A DNA stretch of 64,000 nt, taken from assembly GCA_016776605.1 (NCBI GenBank), contig JADHTB010000010.1, forward strand, positions 8,727 through 72,726, read 5' to 3'. The translations under genes and the position numbers were made by a program. Below the pieces are notes generated by a model, which saw only the letters and a list, made by a program, of their open reading frames with translations, was not told the DNA's origin and did no database searches. Source of the stretch: Alphaproteobacteria bacterium. GTDB taxonomy: Bacteria; Pseudomonadota; Alphaproteobacteria; GCA-2731375. Positions 1 through 8,641 of this stretch are shown one piece after another (within the stretch, counting starts at the first letter, position 1; each line of letters starts with the position of its first letter).

Positions 1-493
1 TCTGGCCAGTTTCGTGGAACCTAATTTTTGGTGGCTGCTGGGCATCATGTTGGTGTTTTCCTGGATGTCCCTGGTTGGCGTCGTGCGGGCGGAATTCCTC
101 CGCGCCCGAAACTTTGACTATGTCCGCGCGGCCCGCGCCCTGGGCCTGTCGGACGCCATGATCATGTACCGCCATGTGCTGCCCAATGCCATGGTTGCCT
201 CGTTGACCTTTCTGCCGTTCATCCTGTCGGGTTCCATTACCACCCTGACGGCGCTGGATTTCCTGGGCTTTGGCCTGCCGCCGGGCTCGCCATCCCTGGG
301 CGAGATGTTGCAACAGGGCAAGGCCAACCTGCAGGCGCCCTGGCTGGGCATTACCGCCTTCGTCATGCTGTCGGTAATGTTGACGCTGTTGATCTTTATT
401 TTCGAGGCGGTACGCGATGCCTTTGATCCCCGCAAGGGCGCGGCGGCCGGCGCGGTGGTGGCGGAGCCGACCCAAGATAAGGCCGCATCATGA
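1..493 (+). CDS. ABC transporter permease, C-terminal fragment (peptide/opine-type inner-membrane component, YejE/DppC-like); 5' end lies outside the window
   Basis: Translation has the EAA-loop-like region and hydrophobic transmembrane segments typical of binding-protein-dependent permeases. Its stop overlaps the start of the downstream ATPase gene (ATGA). Confidence 0.75.
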   Translation, partial: LASFVEPNFWWLLGIMLVFSWMSLVGVVRAEFLRARNFDYVRAARALGLSDAMIMYRHVLPNAMVASLTFLPFILSGSITTLTALDFLGFGLPPGSPSLGEMLQQGKANLQAPWLGITAFVMLSVMLTLLIFIFEAVRDAFDPRKGAAAGAVVAEPTQDKAAS

Positions 494-2130
494 ACGCGCC
501 GCCGGACACACCCCTGTTACAGGTCAAGGATCTGTCGGTCGATTTTAAGGTCGAGGGCGGGCAGAGCCACGCGGTCAAACACATTTCGTTCGAATTGAAC
601 GCCGGCGAAACCCTGGCGATTGTCGGCGAAAGCGGCTCCGGCAAATCCGTTACCGCGTTGTCGATCCTGCAATTGCTGCCCTATCAAACAGCCTCCCATC
701 CCTCCGGCTCGATCCTCTATCGCGGCCAGGAATTGCTGGGCGCGGACGAGGCCACCCTGCACGCCGCCCGGGGCAACAACATCTCGATGATTTTTCAGGA
801 ACCCATGCTGGCCCTGAACCCCCTGCACGTGGTCGAACGCCAGGTCGGCGAGGTTTTATCCCTGCACAAAAACATGAAGCCGGCCCAGGCCCGCGCCCGC
901 ATTCTGGAACTGCTGCATCTGGTTGGTATTCAGGAGCCGGAGAAGCGCCTGGGTGCCTATCCCCATCAACTATCGGGCGGGCAACGGCAGCGCGTGATGA
1001 TCGCCATGGCGCTGGCCAACGAGCCGGAAATCCTGATCGCGGACGAACCCACCACGGCCCTGGACGTCACCATTCAGGCGCAAATCCTTGCCTTGCTGAA
1101 GCAGCTACAGGCCAAGCTGGGCATGGCCATGATCCTGATCACCCATGATCTGGGCATCGTCCGCCACATGGCCGACCGGGTGGCCGTGATGACCGCCGGC
1201 GAGATTGTCGAACAGGCGGGCGCCAGGGAGATCTTCGCCAACCCGCAACATGCCTATACCCAGCATCTGTTGTCGGCGGAGCCCAAGGGCCATCCCGCGC
1301 CCGCGCCCGCCGATGCGGCGACGATAATTGAAGTGGAAAACCTGCGCGTTTGGTTCCCCATCAAGGCCGGGGTGTTCCGCCGCACCATCGATCACGTGCG
1401 CGCCGTGGATGGGATCAGCCTGGAAGTCCGTGAAGGGCATACGGTGGGCGTGGTTGGGGAAAGCGGCTCGGGCAAGACCACCCTGGGATTGGCTATTTTG
1501 CGTCTGCTCTCCAGCCAGGGGGCGATCCGATTTGACGGCCAAAGCATCGACAATCTACGCGGCAAGGTCCTGCGGCCCCTGCGTCGGCAGATGCAGGTGG
1601 TCTTCCAGGATCCGTTTTCATCTCTCTCTCCGCGCATGTCCATCGCCCAGATCATCGAAGAGGGCCTGTTGGTGCACGACAAGGGCGGCGATTACGGCGA
1701 ACGCCGCAGCCTGATTGCCCGCACTTTGGAAGAGGTCGGCCTGGAACCCAGCGCCATGAACCGCTTCCCCCATGAATTTTCCGGTGGCCAGCGCCAGCGC
1801 GTGGCCATCGCCAGGGCCCTGGTGCTGCATCCCCGTTTTGTGGTGCTGGACGAGCCGACCTCGGCCCTGGATGTCTCGGTACAGGCGCAAATCATTGATC
1901 TGTTGCGTGATCTGCAACAACGCCACCGCCTGGCCTATCTGTTCATCAGCCATGACCTGAAGGTGGTCCGCGCCCTGGCCGACGAGGTTATCGTGCTGCG
2001 CAATGGCAAGGTGATGGAACAGGGCAAGGCGGCGCAAATTTTCGATGCCCCGCAAACCGCCTACACCAAGGCCCTGATGGCCGCCGCCTTCAAGCTGCAA
2101 GCCACCGAGGGCGGCGCGGTCTCGAACTAA
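490..2130 (+). CDS. yejF: ABC transporter ATP-binding protein with two fused ATPase domains (YejF/DppDF-like peptide or microcin-type importer ATPase)
   Basis: Two Walker A motifs (GESGSGKS, twice), two LSGGQRQR signature motifs and two Walker B motifs ([24 protein letters not shown]). 546 aa. Confidence 0.85.
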   Translation: MNAPPDTPLLQVKDLSVDFKVEGGQSHAVKHISFELNAGETLAIVGESGSGKSVTALSILQLLPYQTASHPSGSILYRGQELLGADEATLHAARGNNISMIFQEPMLALNPLHVVERQVGEVLSLHKNMKPAQARARILELLHLVGIQEPEKRLGAYPHQLSGGQRQRVMIAMALANEPEILIADEPTTALDVTIQAQILALLKQLQAKLGMAMILITHDLGIVRHMADRVAVMTAGEIVEQAGAREIFANPQHAYTQHLLSAEPKGHPAPAPADAATIIEVENLRVWFPIKAGVFRRTIDHVRAVDGISLEVREGHTVGVVGESGSGKTTLGLAILRLLSSQGAIRFDGQSIDNLRGKVLRPLRRQMQVVFQDPFSSLSPRMSIAQIIEEGLLVHDKGGDYGERRSLIARTLEEVGLEPSAMNRFPHEFSGGQRQRVAIARALVLHPRFVVLDEPTSALDVSVQAQIIDLLRDLQQRHRLAYLFISHDLKVVRALADEVIVLRNGKVMEQGKAAQIFDAPQTAYTKALMAAAFKLQATEGGAVSN

Positions 2131-2244
2131 AACCAGGATATCGAAGCGTTTTCGCCAACCAACTCCCCTAAATCTTCTCATTCATCAGGAGAGCCTGCTT
2201 GGGGTCAAATGATCCGCTACCCAACTTTGGACCGCCGATTGGCG

Positions 2245-3363
2245 TTACAGGCGCGCCAATACCGTCTCACCGAATTGGCTGATGAAGTCATGGGTGATGG
2301 GCAGATCCGGCGCGCCGATTTGCGGGCTGACCACCACCCGGTCTATCCGTGGATCGGCAAGCAGCGCGGCGATCCGCATATGTACCTCGTCAGGCGTACC
2401 AGCAACCGCGTACCGGTTGATAAGCCGCTCGGGCACAAGAGCGGCGTGCGGCGGCATGGTTTGCGCATGGGCGAACATGTCGTAGTCGTGATGCAGACGT
2501 TCCACGGCCTCCCGGTCCTGACCCTCGAGCCGTGACGGGTCCGTCATACGCAGCACCGCCGCCACCCGGGCCCGCACCTGATCGTGCGCCCGCTGGGTAT
2601 CACGGTCCAGGCCCACATAGATCCAGGCAGTGGTCTGCACGCTGCCCGGTGCGCGGCCGGCGTCCTTTAATCCCTGATCTACCAGTTCCATGCCTTGTTC
2701 GATGAGATCGAGCGCGGAACCTTGCAGCAAGATGACGCCATCGGCCATGCCGGCAGCGGCGCGGGTCAATCGCGGACCGGTCGCGGCTACGTGTAACGGC
2801 ACCGGGGCGGGCTGCCCAAGCCAGGTTATGGCCCCTTCGGCGCCGGTTTCAAAGCGCGCGGTCTGCCCATCGAGCAGCTGGCGCACGGTCCCGACGTAGT
2901 CGGCCAGTTCCGCAATGGGTGCCGGTAACTGGCCGATATTGCGCAGCGCCGAATGGCCCACGGAAATTCCCGCCATGGCCCGCCCATCGGACAGCTCGTT
3001 CAGGGTTGCCAGCGCGCTGGCGGTAACGCTGGGGTGCCGGGTGCGCGGTACGGTGACCCCGGTGGCCAGCCTTAACCGCGTGGTCGCGGTGGCACAGGCT
3101 GCCAGCGTTACATACAGCTCGCGGCAGATAAGCTGCGTGTCTGTCAGCCAGATGCTCTCGAAACCGACCTGCTCGGCCAGCCGGGCATGGCTGACAGTGG
3201 TTTGCACCCGCTCCGTGCCCCATAGGGCCAAGCCGACTGGTTTTCTCTGCGACGTACCTGCGTCAATTTCGCTCACGCGTGGTCCTCCCCAAGGTGTGTG
3301 TGGCAGGTTAACTGTATCAGACTCGCAGGGATTCTCTGACGCCGGGGGCGCCCGGCCCAGCAA
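2245..3363 (-). CDS. LLM-class (luciferase-like) flavin-dependent oxidoreductase
   Basis: Similar to bacterial luciferase-like monooxygenases over most of its length. The track ORF starts with TTG; the true start may be an internal GTG near 3275. My base-level reading around 3298-3303 does not reproduce the track frame, so the 5' end is uncertain. Confidence 0.7.
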   Translation of the reverse strand: MLGRAPPASENPCESDTVNLPHTPWGGPRVSEIDAGTSQRKPVGLALWGTERVQTTVSHARLAEQVGFESIWLTDTQLICRELYVTLAACATATTRLRLATGVTVPRTRHPSVTASALATLNELSDGRAMAGISVGHSALRNIGQLPAPIAELADYVGTVRQLLDGQTARFETGAEGAITWLGQPAPVPLHVAATGPRLTRAAAGMADGVILLQGSALDLIEQGMELVDQGLKDAGRAPGSVQTTAWIYVGLDRDTQRAHDQVRARVAAVLRMTDPSRLEGQDREAVERLHHDYDMFAHAQTMPPHAALVPERLINRYAVAGTPDEVHMRIAALLADPRIDRVVVSPQIGAPDLPITHDFISQFGETVLARL

Positions 3364-3438
3364 AATTGATCTGTTCGTCTTTCAGGCCGCGCCCTAAGTG
3401 CGCTAAGATGCCGGTAACGAGTCAATTTGGAGGCAAAA

Positions 3439-5169
3439 ATGAGCAACGACATTTATACGGCCCTGTGGCCGCGCGGCGAAAAAACCGTGGCGATCGCGCC
3501 CCTGGCGCCGCGCCTGGATACCCTGGAAGGCAAGACCGTGGCCTTCATGTGGGACTACCTGTTCCGGGGTGACGAGATATTCCCGGTTCTGGAAGCCGAG
3601 CTGTCCGCCGCCTATCCGGACATGAAATTCGTTGGCTACACCACCTTTGGCTCCACCCACGGTTCGGAAGAGGGACGAATTCTGGCCGATCTGCCCACCA
3701 CCCTGGCCGATAACAAGGTTGATGCCATAATCTCCGGCATGGGCTGTTGAGGCAGCTGTACCCCCGCCGTGTTGCGGGCATCAGCTGCCGCGGAAGCCGC
3801 CGGCATCCCTTCCTCCTCTCTGGTCTGCGATGGCTTTTTGGGCCAGGGCGCAACCACGGCGGTGGGTTTGGGCCTGCCGAACCTGCCCATGGCCAAGGTG
3901 CCGGGCCATGTGGATACGCAAACCGATAACGAACTGCGCGAGAATCTGATTTCGGTCACCGTAAAGGCGGTGATCGAAAACCTGACCGCCGCCCCCGCGG
4001 CGGCGGTGATGATCCCGGAACCGGGACCACAGGACGTGGTGATGGAGGGCAGTTTTGAAGAGATCAACCGCTTCTTCTATGAAAACGGCTGGTCCGACGG
4101 CTTGCCCATCGTGCCGCCGACGCGGGCCAAGATCGAAAGCTTCCTGGCCTTCACCGATCTGCCCAACGATCATGTAATCGGTAAAATGCCGCCCGACAAC
4201 CGCCAGGCCACGGTCTGGAATGTCGCCGTCAACGGCGTCATGGCGGGCTGCCGGCCACAATACATGCCGGTTCTGGTGGCCTTGGCCGAGGCCATGGCCG
4301 ATCCCGGCTATGGCGTCGAGCATTCCGGCAACACGCCGGGCGCGGAAACCCTGATCACCATCAATGGCCCCATCATCAAGGACCTGGAATTCAATTATGA
4401 ACAGGGCGCCCTGCGCGATGGCTTTCAGGCCAACACCTCCATCGGCCGCTGGTGGCGGTTGTATCTGCGCAATGTGGCGGGCTTTCTGCTGCATCAGAAC
4501 GACAAGGGTACCTTCGGCAACACCTGGCGCGTGGTTCTGGCGGAGAACGAGGATGTGCTCGCGAAAATCGGCTGGCCGCCCCATTCGGCTGATTTTGGTC
4601 ATGCCCGGGGCGACAACGCCGTCACCATCTCGCGCTTCACGGGGGGCGATGTCATCGCCTCGGTCTATGGGCAGAAACCAGAGGATATGCTGCCATATCT
4701 GGCCGATGCCCTGATCAGCCAGACCGGCTGGCAGTTGATCTTTACGGTCGGCATGGCCGATGGCAGCTATACCCCGTTGCTGGTGCTATCACCCATCCTG
4801 GCCGAAACCATGGCCAAGGCCGGCTGGTCCAAGGACGATGTGCGGCAATGGCTGTTTGAAAACGCCCGCATCCCGGCCTCGAAGTTCGAACAATATATTG
4901 TCGAGTTCACCAACTTCTATTCCGGCGGACGCTCCATGTTCGAACTGGCCCAGTTGGGCAAGGCGAACGAGCTGTATGGCCTGTCCAAGGATCCGGACCG
5001 CCTGGTGCCCATCGTCTGCGACCCCATGGACATTCAGATTGCGGTCAGTGGCGATCCGGGGCGGACCAACGCCCAGGTGTTCTCGCACAATGGTATTCTG
5101 GGCTTTCCCACGGCGCGGGCGATCCGCCTGCCCAATGACTGGAAGAACAAGTTGGCCAATGCCGGATGA
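3439..5169 (+). CDS. Putative selenoprotein: an N-terminal UGSC-type domain (about 107 aa) with an in-frame TGA (selenocysteine) at 3748-3750 inside the motif GMG-C-U-G-S-C, fused in frame to a domain of about 470 aa of unknown function
   Basis: The track ORFs 3427..3750 and 3769..5169 are in the same frame (both coordinates are 1 mod 3) and are separated only by one TGA. The codons after the TGA read GGC AGC TGT (G-S-C), giving CUGSC. A SECIS-like hairpin follows directly. The ATG at 3439 is preceded by a GGAGG Shine-Dalgarno sequence 7 nt upstream. Confidence 0.6.
3751..3789 (+). other. SECIS-like RNA hairpin immediately 3' of the in-frame UGA
   Basis: GGCAGCTG (3751-3758) pairs with CAGCTGCC (3782-3789). 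An inner stem CCCGC/GCGGG closes a 6-nt apical loop CGUGUU. Total length is about 39 nt starting at +1 after the UGA, matching the layout of bacterial SECIS elements. Confidence 0.5.
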
Positions 5170-6402
5170 GTGGTGCCGGATGAGTGGGGCAGAGTGAACG
5201 ACGGACAATCTCTGTGGATCCTGCTGCCCACCGGACAGCGGGCATCGGGCGAATGGATTGACGACACCCTGCACAGCCGGGCTGACGAGCAAGGCTTGTT
5301 GGGCCGGCTGACCCAGGTCGCCGCCTTTCCGCGGCAACGGGTTGAAGTGGTGCGTGGGCCAAATGCCGAGGCCCGGGTGAACGAAACGTTCTACCGCCGG
5401 GGCTGGACCGACGGCCTGCCCATCGTCGTCCCCAGCATGGCCCGCGTGGACGCCATGCTGCGGGCCGGCGGGCGGCCGCGCAACATGGTCATGGGCGAGG
5501 CCGAGCCGTTGAAGGGCGTGGTAACGGTTGAAAAGGTCGCCATCAACGCGGTCATGGCCGGCTGCGAGGACGCGCATATGCCCTTCGTCCTGGCCGCCGC
5601 CGAGGCCTTGTTGGAGCCAGCATTCAATCTGCGCGGCGTCCAGACCACGGACGAAAACGTCACGCCGTTGCTGATGCTGTCGGGGCCGGCGGCAAAAACC
5701 ATGCACATGAACAGCCGGTTTGGCGCCCTGGGGCCCGGCTGGCGGGCCAATGCCGCCATTGGCCGGGCGGTGCGGCTGATCATGCACAACCTGGGTGGTG
5801 GCTGGCCGGCGGCGGTGGCCTTTGCCGGCCTGGGCCAGCCGGGCCGCTATACCCTGTGCCTGGCCGAGGATGAGGAGTTCAATCCCTGGGAAAGCCTGCG
5901 CGAGGAGCTGGGCTTTGCCGTGGAAGACAACGTATTGGTGGTGCAACGGGCCGAAAGCGTGGTCAACGTAACCGGCGGCCTGAACGATCTGGCCTCTGTC
6001 ATGGCCTCGGCCACGTCCGCTTTTTCCCGTCTGCATGGGGGCACGGTCGCCGTCGTCCTGGCGCCCTATGTGGCGAAATTACTGGCGGAGGAAGGTAAAT
6101 CGAAGGCCGACGTGAAGGCCTATTTGCACGAACACAGCCGGGCCCCGGCGGCGGAGTTCGAAAAATCCTGGCTGCCGGCCCGTCTGGCCGGCAAGACGAA
6201 ATTCCCCCGCTGGGTGAAAGAGGGCGTCCAGGCGGGCTGGGTACCGGCGGTGGAAAAGCCCGACGACATCACCGTCATCGTCGCGGGCGGCGATATTCCG
6301 ATTCCCCAATGCGCCTATATGCCAACCTGGGGTTTCCCCGCCTGCCGCATCGCCAAGAAAATTGATTTACCTCAGGGGTGGGACCCCTCGCCGGAGATTT
6401 AA
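5170..6402 (+). CDS. Paralogue of the C-terminal domain of the upstream selenoprotein (uncharacterised family); it lacks the UGSC domain
   Basis: Shared motifs with the upstream gene: FYxxGW(S/T)DGLPIV(P/V)P, N(G/A)VMAGC, and a collinear remainder. The start abuts the upstream stop (5169/5170), suggesting translational coupling. The start codon is uncertain (GTG). Confidence 0.6.
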   Translation: MVPDEWGRVNDGQSLWILLPTGQRASGEWIDDTLHSRADEQGLLGRLTQVAAFPRQRVEVVRGPNAEARVNETFYRRGWTDGLPIVVPSMARVDAMLRAGGRPRNMVMGEAEPLKGVVTVEKVAINAVMAGCEDAHMPFVLAAAEALLEPAFNLRGVQTTDENVTPLLMLSGPAAKTMHMNSRFGALGPGWRANAAIGRAVRLIMHNLGGGWPAAVAFAGLGQPGRYTLCLAEDEEFNPWESLREELGFAVEDNVLVVQRAESVVNVTGGLNDLASVMASATSAFSRLHGGTVAVVLAPYVAKLLAEEGKSKADVKAYLHEHSRAPAAEFEKSWLPARLAGKTKFPRWVKEGVQAGWVPAVEKPDDITVIVAGGDIPIPQCAYMPTWGFPACRIAKKIDLPQGWDPSPEI

Positions 6403-7317
6403 ATGCCCAGAGCACCCCGTACAAGCCATCAGTTGATCGTTATTGGCGCCGGCGTCGCCGGCATGGCGGCGGCGACCGAGGCCGCCCGTTGCGGCCTGAA
6501 AACCGCACTGTTCGATGACGGTCTGCTGGGCGGATTAATCACCAATGTGGGCGCCGTGCACGGCCATCCGGGGCTGGCTGAAACAACCGGCGCTGATCTG
6601 GTCAACACCATGCTGGGGGAGGCCCTGGAGGCGGAGGTGGACTACCAGCCTGGCGCCGTCACGGAACTGGCGGCCATGAGTGATCATTGGCGCCTGCCGG
6701 GCAATGACGTTACAGCACTTCGGGTCATACTTGCCACCGGCGCGGACCTGCGCACCCTGGACGTACCGGGCGAGGCAAGATTGATGGGTCGGGGCGTCTC
6801 GCAATGCGCCTTTTGTGATGGCGGATTGTACAAGGGCAAGGATGTCGCCGTGGTGGGGGGTGGCGACGGCGCCTTTCAGGAAGCCCTGCATCTGGCTCAA
6901 CTATGCGCCAACGTCACCATGATCCTGCGCGGCCGCAAACCCCGCGCTCGGCCAACCTTTGCCAGACAGGCCGCCGACCTGGGCAACATGCATTTCCGCT
7001 GGCAGACGGACGTGCGGGAAATTATAGGCGATGGCGGGGTCGATGCCGTTCGCCTGCATGATCAGGACGGCGGCGAAGAAGAAATTTTACCCATCGCCGC
7101 CATTTTCCCCTTCATCGGCCTGGCACCCCGCACCGCGCTGGCGCCGGCGGCTGCCAAACGGGACGACGATGGCGGCTTGATCGTCGATGCCGATATGCAG
7201 ACGGACCAGCCCGGTCTGTACGCCATAGGCGCGGCCCGCGCTGGTCACGGCGGCCAGGTGGCCCACGCCATCGCCGATGCCAAATCAGCGGCCCAGGGGG
7301 CCTGGCGCTCTATTTAA
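6403..7317 (+). CDS. Thioredoxin-reductase-like FAD/NAD(P)H-dependent disulfide oxidoreductase
   Basis: N-terminal GxGxxG motif (VIGAGVAGMAAA). CAFCDG redox-active motif positioned as the TrxB CATCDG motif. A second dinucleotide-binding motif VAVVGGGDGAFQEA. ATG at 6403 directly follows the upstream TAA. Confidence 0.75.
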   Translation: MPRAPRTSHQLIVIGAGVAGMAAATEAARCGLKTALFDDGLLGGLITNVGAVHGHPGLAETTGADLVNTMLGEALEAEVDYQPGAVTELAAMSDHWRLPGNDVTALRVILATGADLRTLDVPGEARLMGRGVSQCAFCDGGLYKGKDVAVVGGGDGAFQEALHLAQLCANVTMILRGRKPRARPTFARQAADLGNMHFRWQTDVREIIGDGGVDAVRLHDQDGGEEEILPIAAIFPFIGLAPRTALAPAAAKRDDDGGLIVDADMQTDQPGLYAIGAARAGHGGQVAHAIADAKSAAQGAWRSI

Positions 7318-7324
7318 AGCAGGT

Positions 7325-8641
7325 TTAGGTCTGCGCCTGGGCCCGCTCCAACAGATCAAAGCCATGGGGCACATTGGGCCGGGCCTTGGCGCGGGACTCC
7401 AGCAGCGCCGCTGCCTCGCCGCCCCGGTTGGTGCGCAACAGGGTATCCAGCCAGGTCTGCACGAACAGATCGCGCTGGGCGTGGCTGCCACCGATTTCCT
7501 GCAAACGCGGCGTCGCGGCCGCCAGATCCGCATAGGCGCCCTGGTAATCGCCACGGGCGTGGGCGGCCAGGCCACGGGCGGCGGGCACAGCCACCTCCAC
7601 CCAGGCCGGGCGCACCAGATCGGGTGCAGTCGCCGCATGGGCCGTCATGCTGGCCAGCATTTTATCGGCCTGCGCGTTGCGTCCGGCGCGGGCCAAGGTA
7701 TAGAGGTAATGCAGATCCAGGAACGGCTGCACATGTTCCCTCGTGCGGCCCTGCACATGATCAGCCAGGTCGGTCCAGCGCGCGCCCACGTCGATGCCGC
7801 GCAGTTCCATGCGCCACAGCAATGAGGCGGCATTGGCCTGATCCTGGCTGTAGGTCTTGTCCAGGCCCCAGACGAATTCATCGTGGATCTGGCGCACCCG
7901 CCGGGCATCGCCGAAATCCAGATGGAACAGCGCCGTATGCCACCAATTATGCCCCAGCATGAAGGAATTGCATTCCGCCCAGGTGTCGGACAGGCCTTCC
8001 ATCCAGGCCACGCCCTCGCCGATCCGGCCCTGGGTCTCCATGACATGGGCCACCGCATGATGGGCCCAGGGGTCGGCGCGGTTGATCTCCACCGCCCGGC
8101 GTCCCGCCGCCTCCGCCGCCCGCGGATCGTGGGTCTGCTCCAAGCCAAAGGCCAGGCAGCCGTACAGATAGCCGTTCTCTTCGTTGGCCGGCAGGATCTT
8201 TTGGCAAACCGCCAGCATTTTATCGGACCAGCCCAGATTGAAATAATGGTACTGCGCCAGCTTCATGGCGAATAGATCCCGTGGCCAACGCTCGGTGATC
8301 TGTTCCAGGATCGCCAGTGCCGTCGCCATATCGCCCGCCACCCAGGCTTCCGTGGCCTGGAACCACAGCGTTTCCCGTGCTTCGGCCACCGCCAGGGCGG
8401 GGCGGCAGCGGTCCAGATAGGGCCGGGCCAGGCTGGGTGATTGCCCCGCCTCCATCCACATCATCAGGGATGCCGCCAGAGCGCCGGCCATGACGCAGCC
8501 GGGATCAGCCTCCGCCGCCTCTATGATCGGCTGATAATCGGTGCCATAGGCCAGGGCCGTGGTGACAAAGGCATTAATGGCCGCAATATTTTCGGGCCGG
8601 TCGGTGGCGACCGCCAAGCCCTGGCCGTCGGTGAGCATCAA
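7325..8641 (-). CDS. Tetratricopeptide-repeat protein (TTC38-like family)
   Basis: 438 aa, all-helical, with repeated W/Y/A-rich TPR-like modules; resembles the bacterial TTC38 family. Overlaps the upstream M81 peptidase gene by 4 nt. Confidence 0.55.
   Translation of the reverse strand: MMLTDGQGLAVATDRPENIAAINAFVTTALAYGTDYQPIIEAAEADPGCVMAGALAASLMMWMEAGQSPSLARPYLDRCRPALAVAEARETLWFQATEAWVAGDMATALAILEQITERWPRDLFAMKLAQYHYFNLGWSDKMLAVCQKILPANEENGYLYGCLAFGLEQTHDPRAAEAAGRRAVEINRADPWAHHAVAHVMETQGRIGEGVAWMEGLSDTWAECNSFMLGHNWWHTALFHLDFGDARRVRQIHDEFVWGLDKTYSQDQANAASLLWRMELRGIDVGARWTDLADHVQGRTREHVQPFLDLHYLYTLARAGRNAQADKMLASMTAHAATAPDLVRPAWVEVAVPAARGLAAHARGDYQGAYADLAAATPRLQEIGGSHAQRDLFVQTWLDTLLRTNRGGEAAALLESRAKARPNVPHGFDLLERAQAQT

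Noticed and set aside
14-2130. Possible horizontally acquired microcin-C-type uptake locus (yejABEF-like)
   Set aside because: Only the permease C-terminus and the ATPase are in the window. Composition matches the rest of the chromosome and no mobility genes are nearby.
3427-3750. Treating the 107-aa ORF ending at the TGA as a complete stand-alone small protein, with 3769..5169 as a separate GTG-initiated gene
   Set aside because: Both ORFs are in the same frame with only the single TGA between them. The TGA falls exactly inside a CxGSC redox motif (G-S-C is encoded immediately after it). A SECIS-like hairpin follows. There is no RBS before the downstream GTG. The separate-genes reading cannot be excluded without SelB/tRNA-Sec evidence.
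4789-6036. 415-aa ORF antisense to the two paralogous genes of the selenoprotein locus, plus many other long antisense or shadow ORFs (for example 3781..4602, 7645..8148, 8755..9489, 11766..12557, 20864..21394, 21932..22618, 43167..44018, 52997..54022, 62813..64000)
   Set aside because: Stop codons are rare in about 64% GC DNA, so long antisense frames are expected. Their translations are Arg/Gly/Pro/His-rich low-complexity sequence with no motifs, whereas the opposite-strand genes have clear family signatures.
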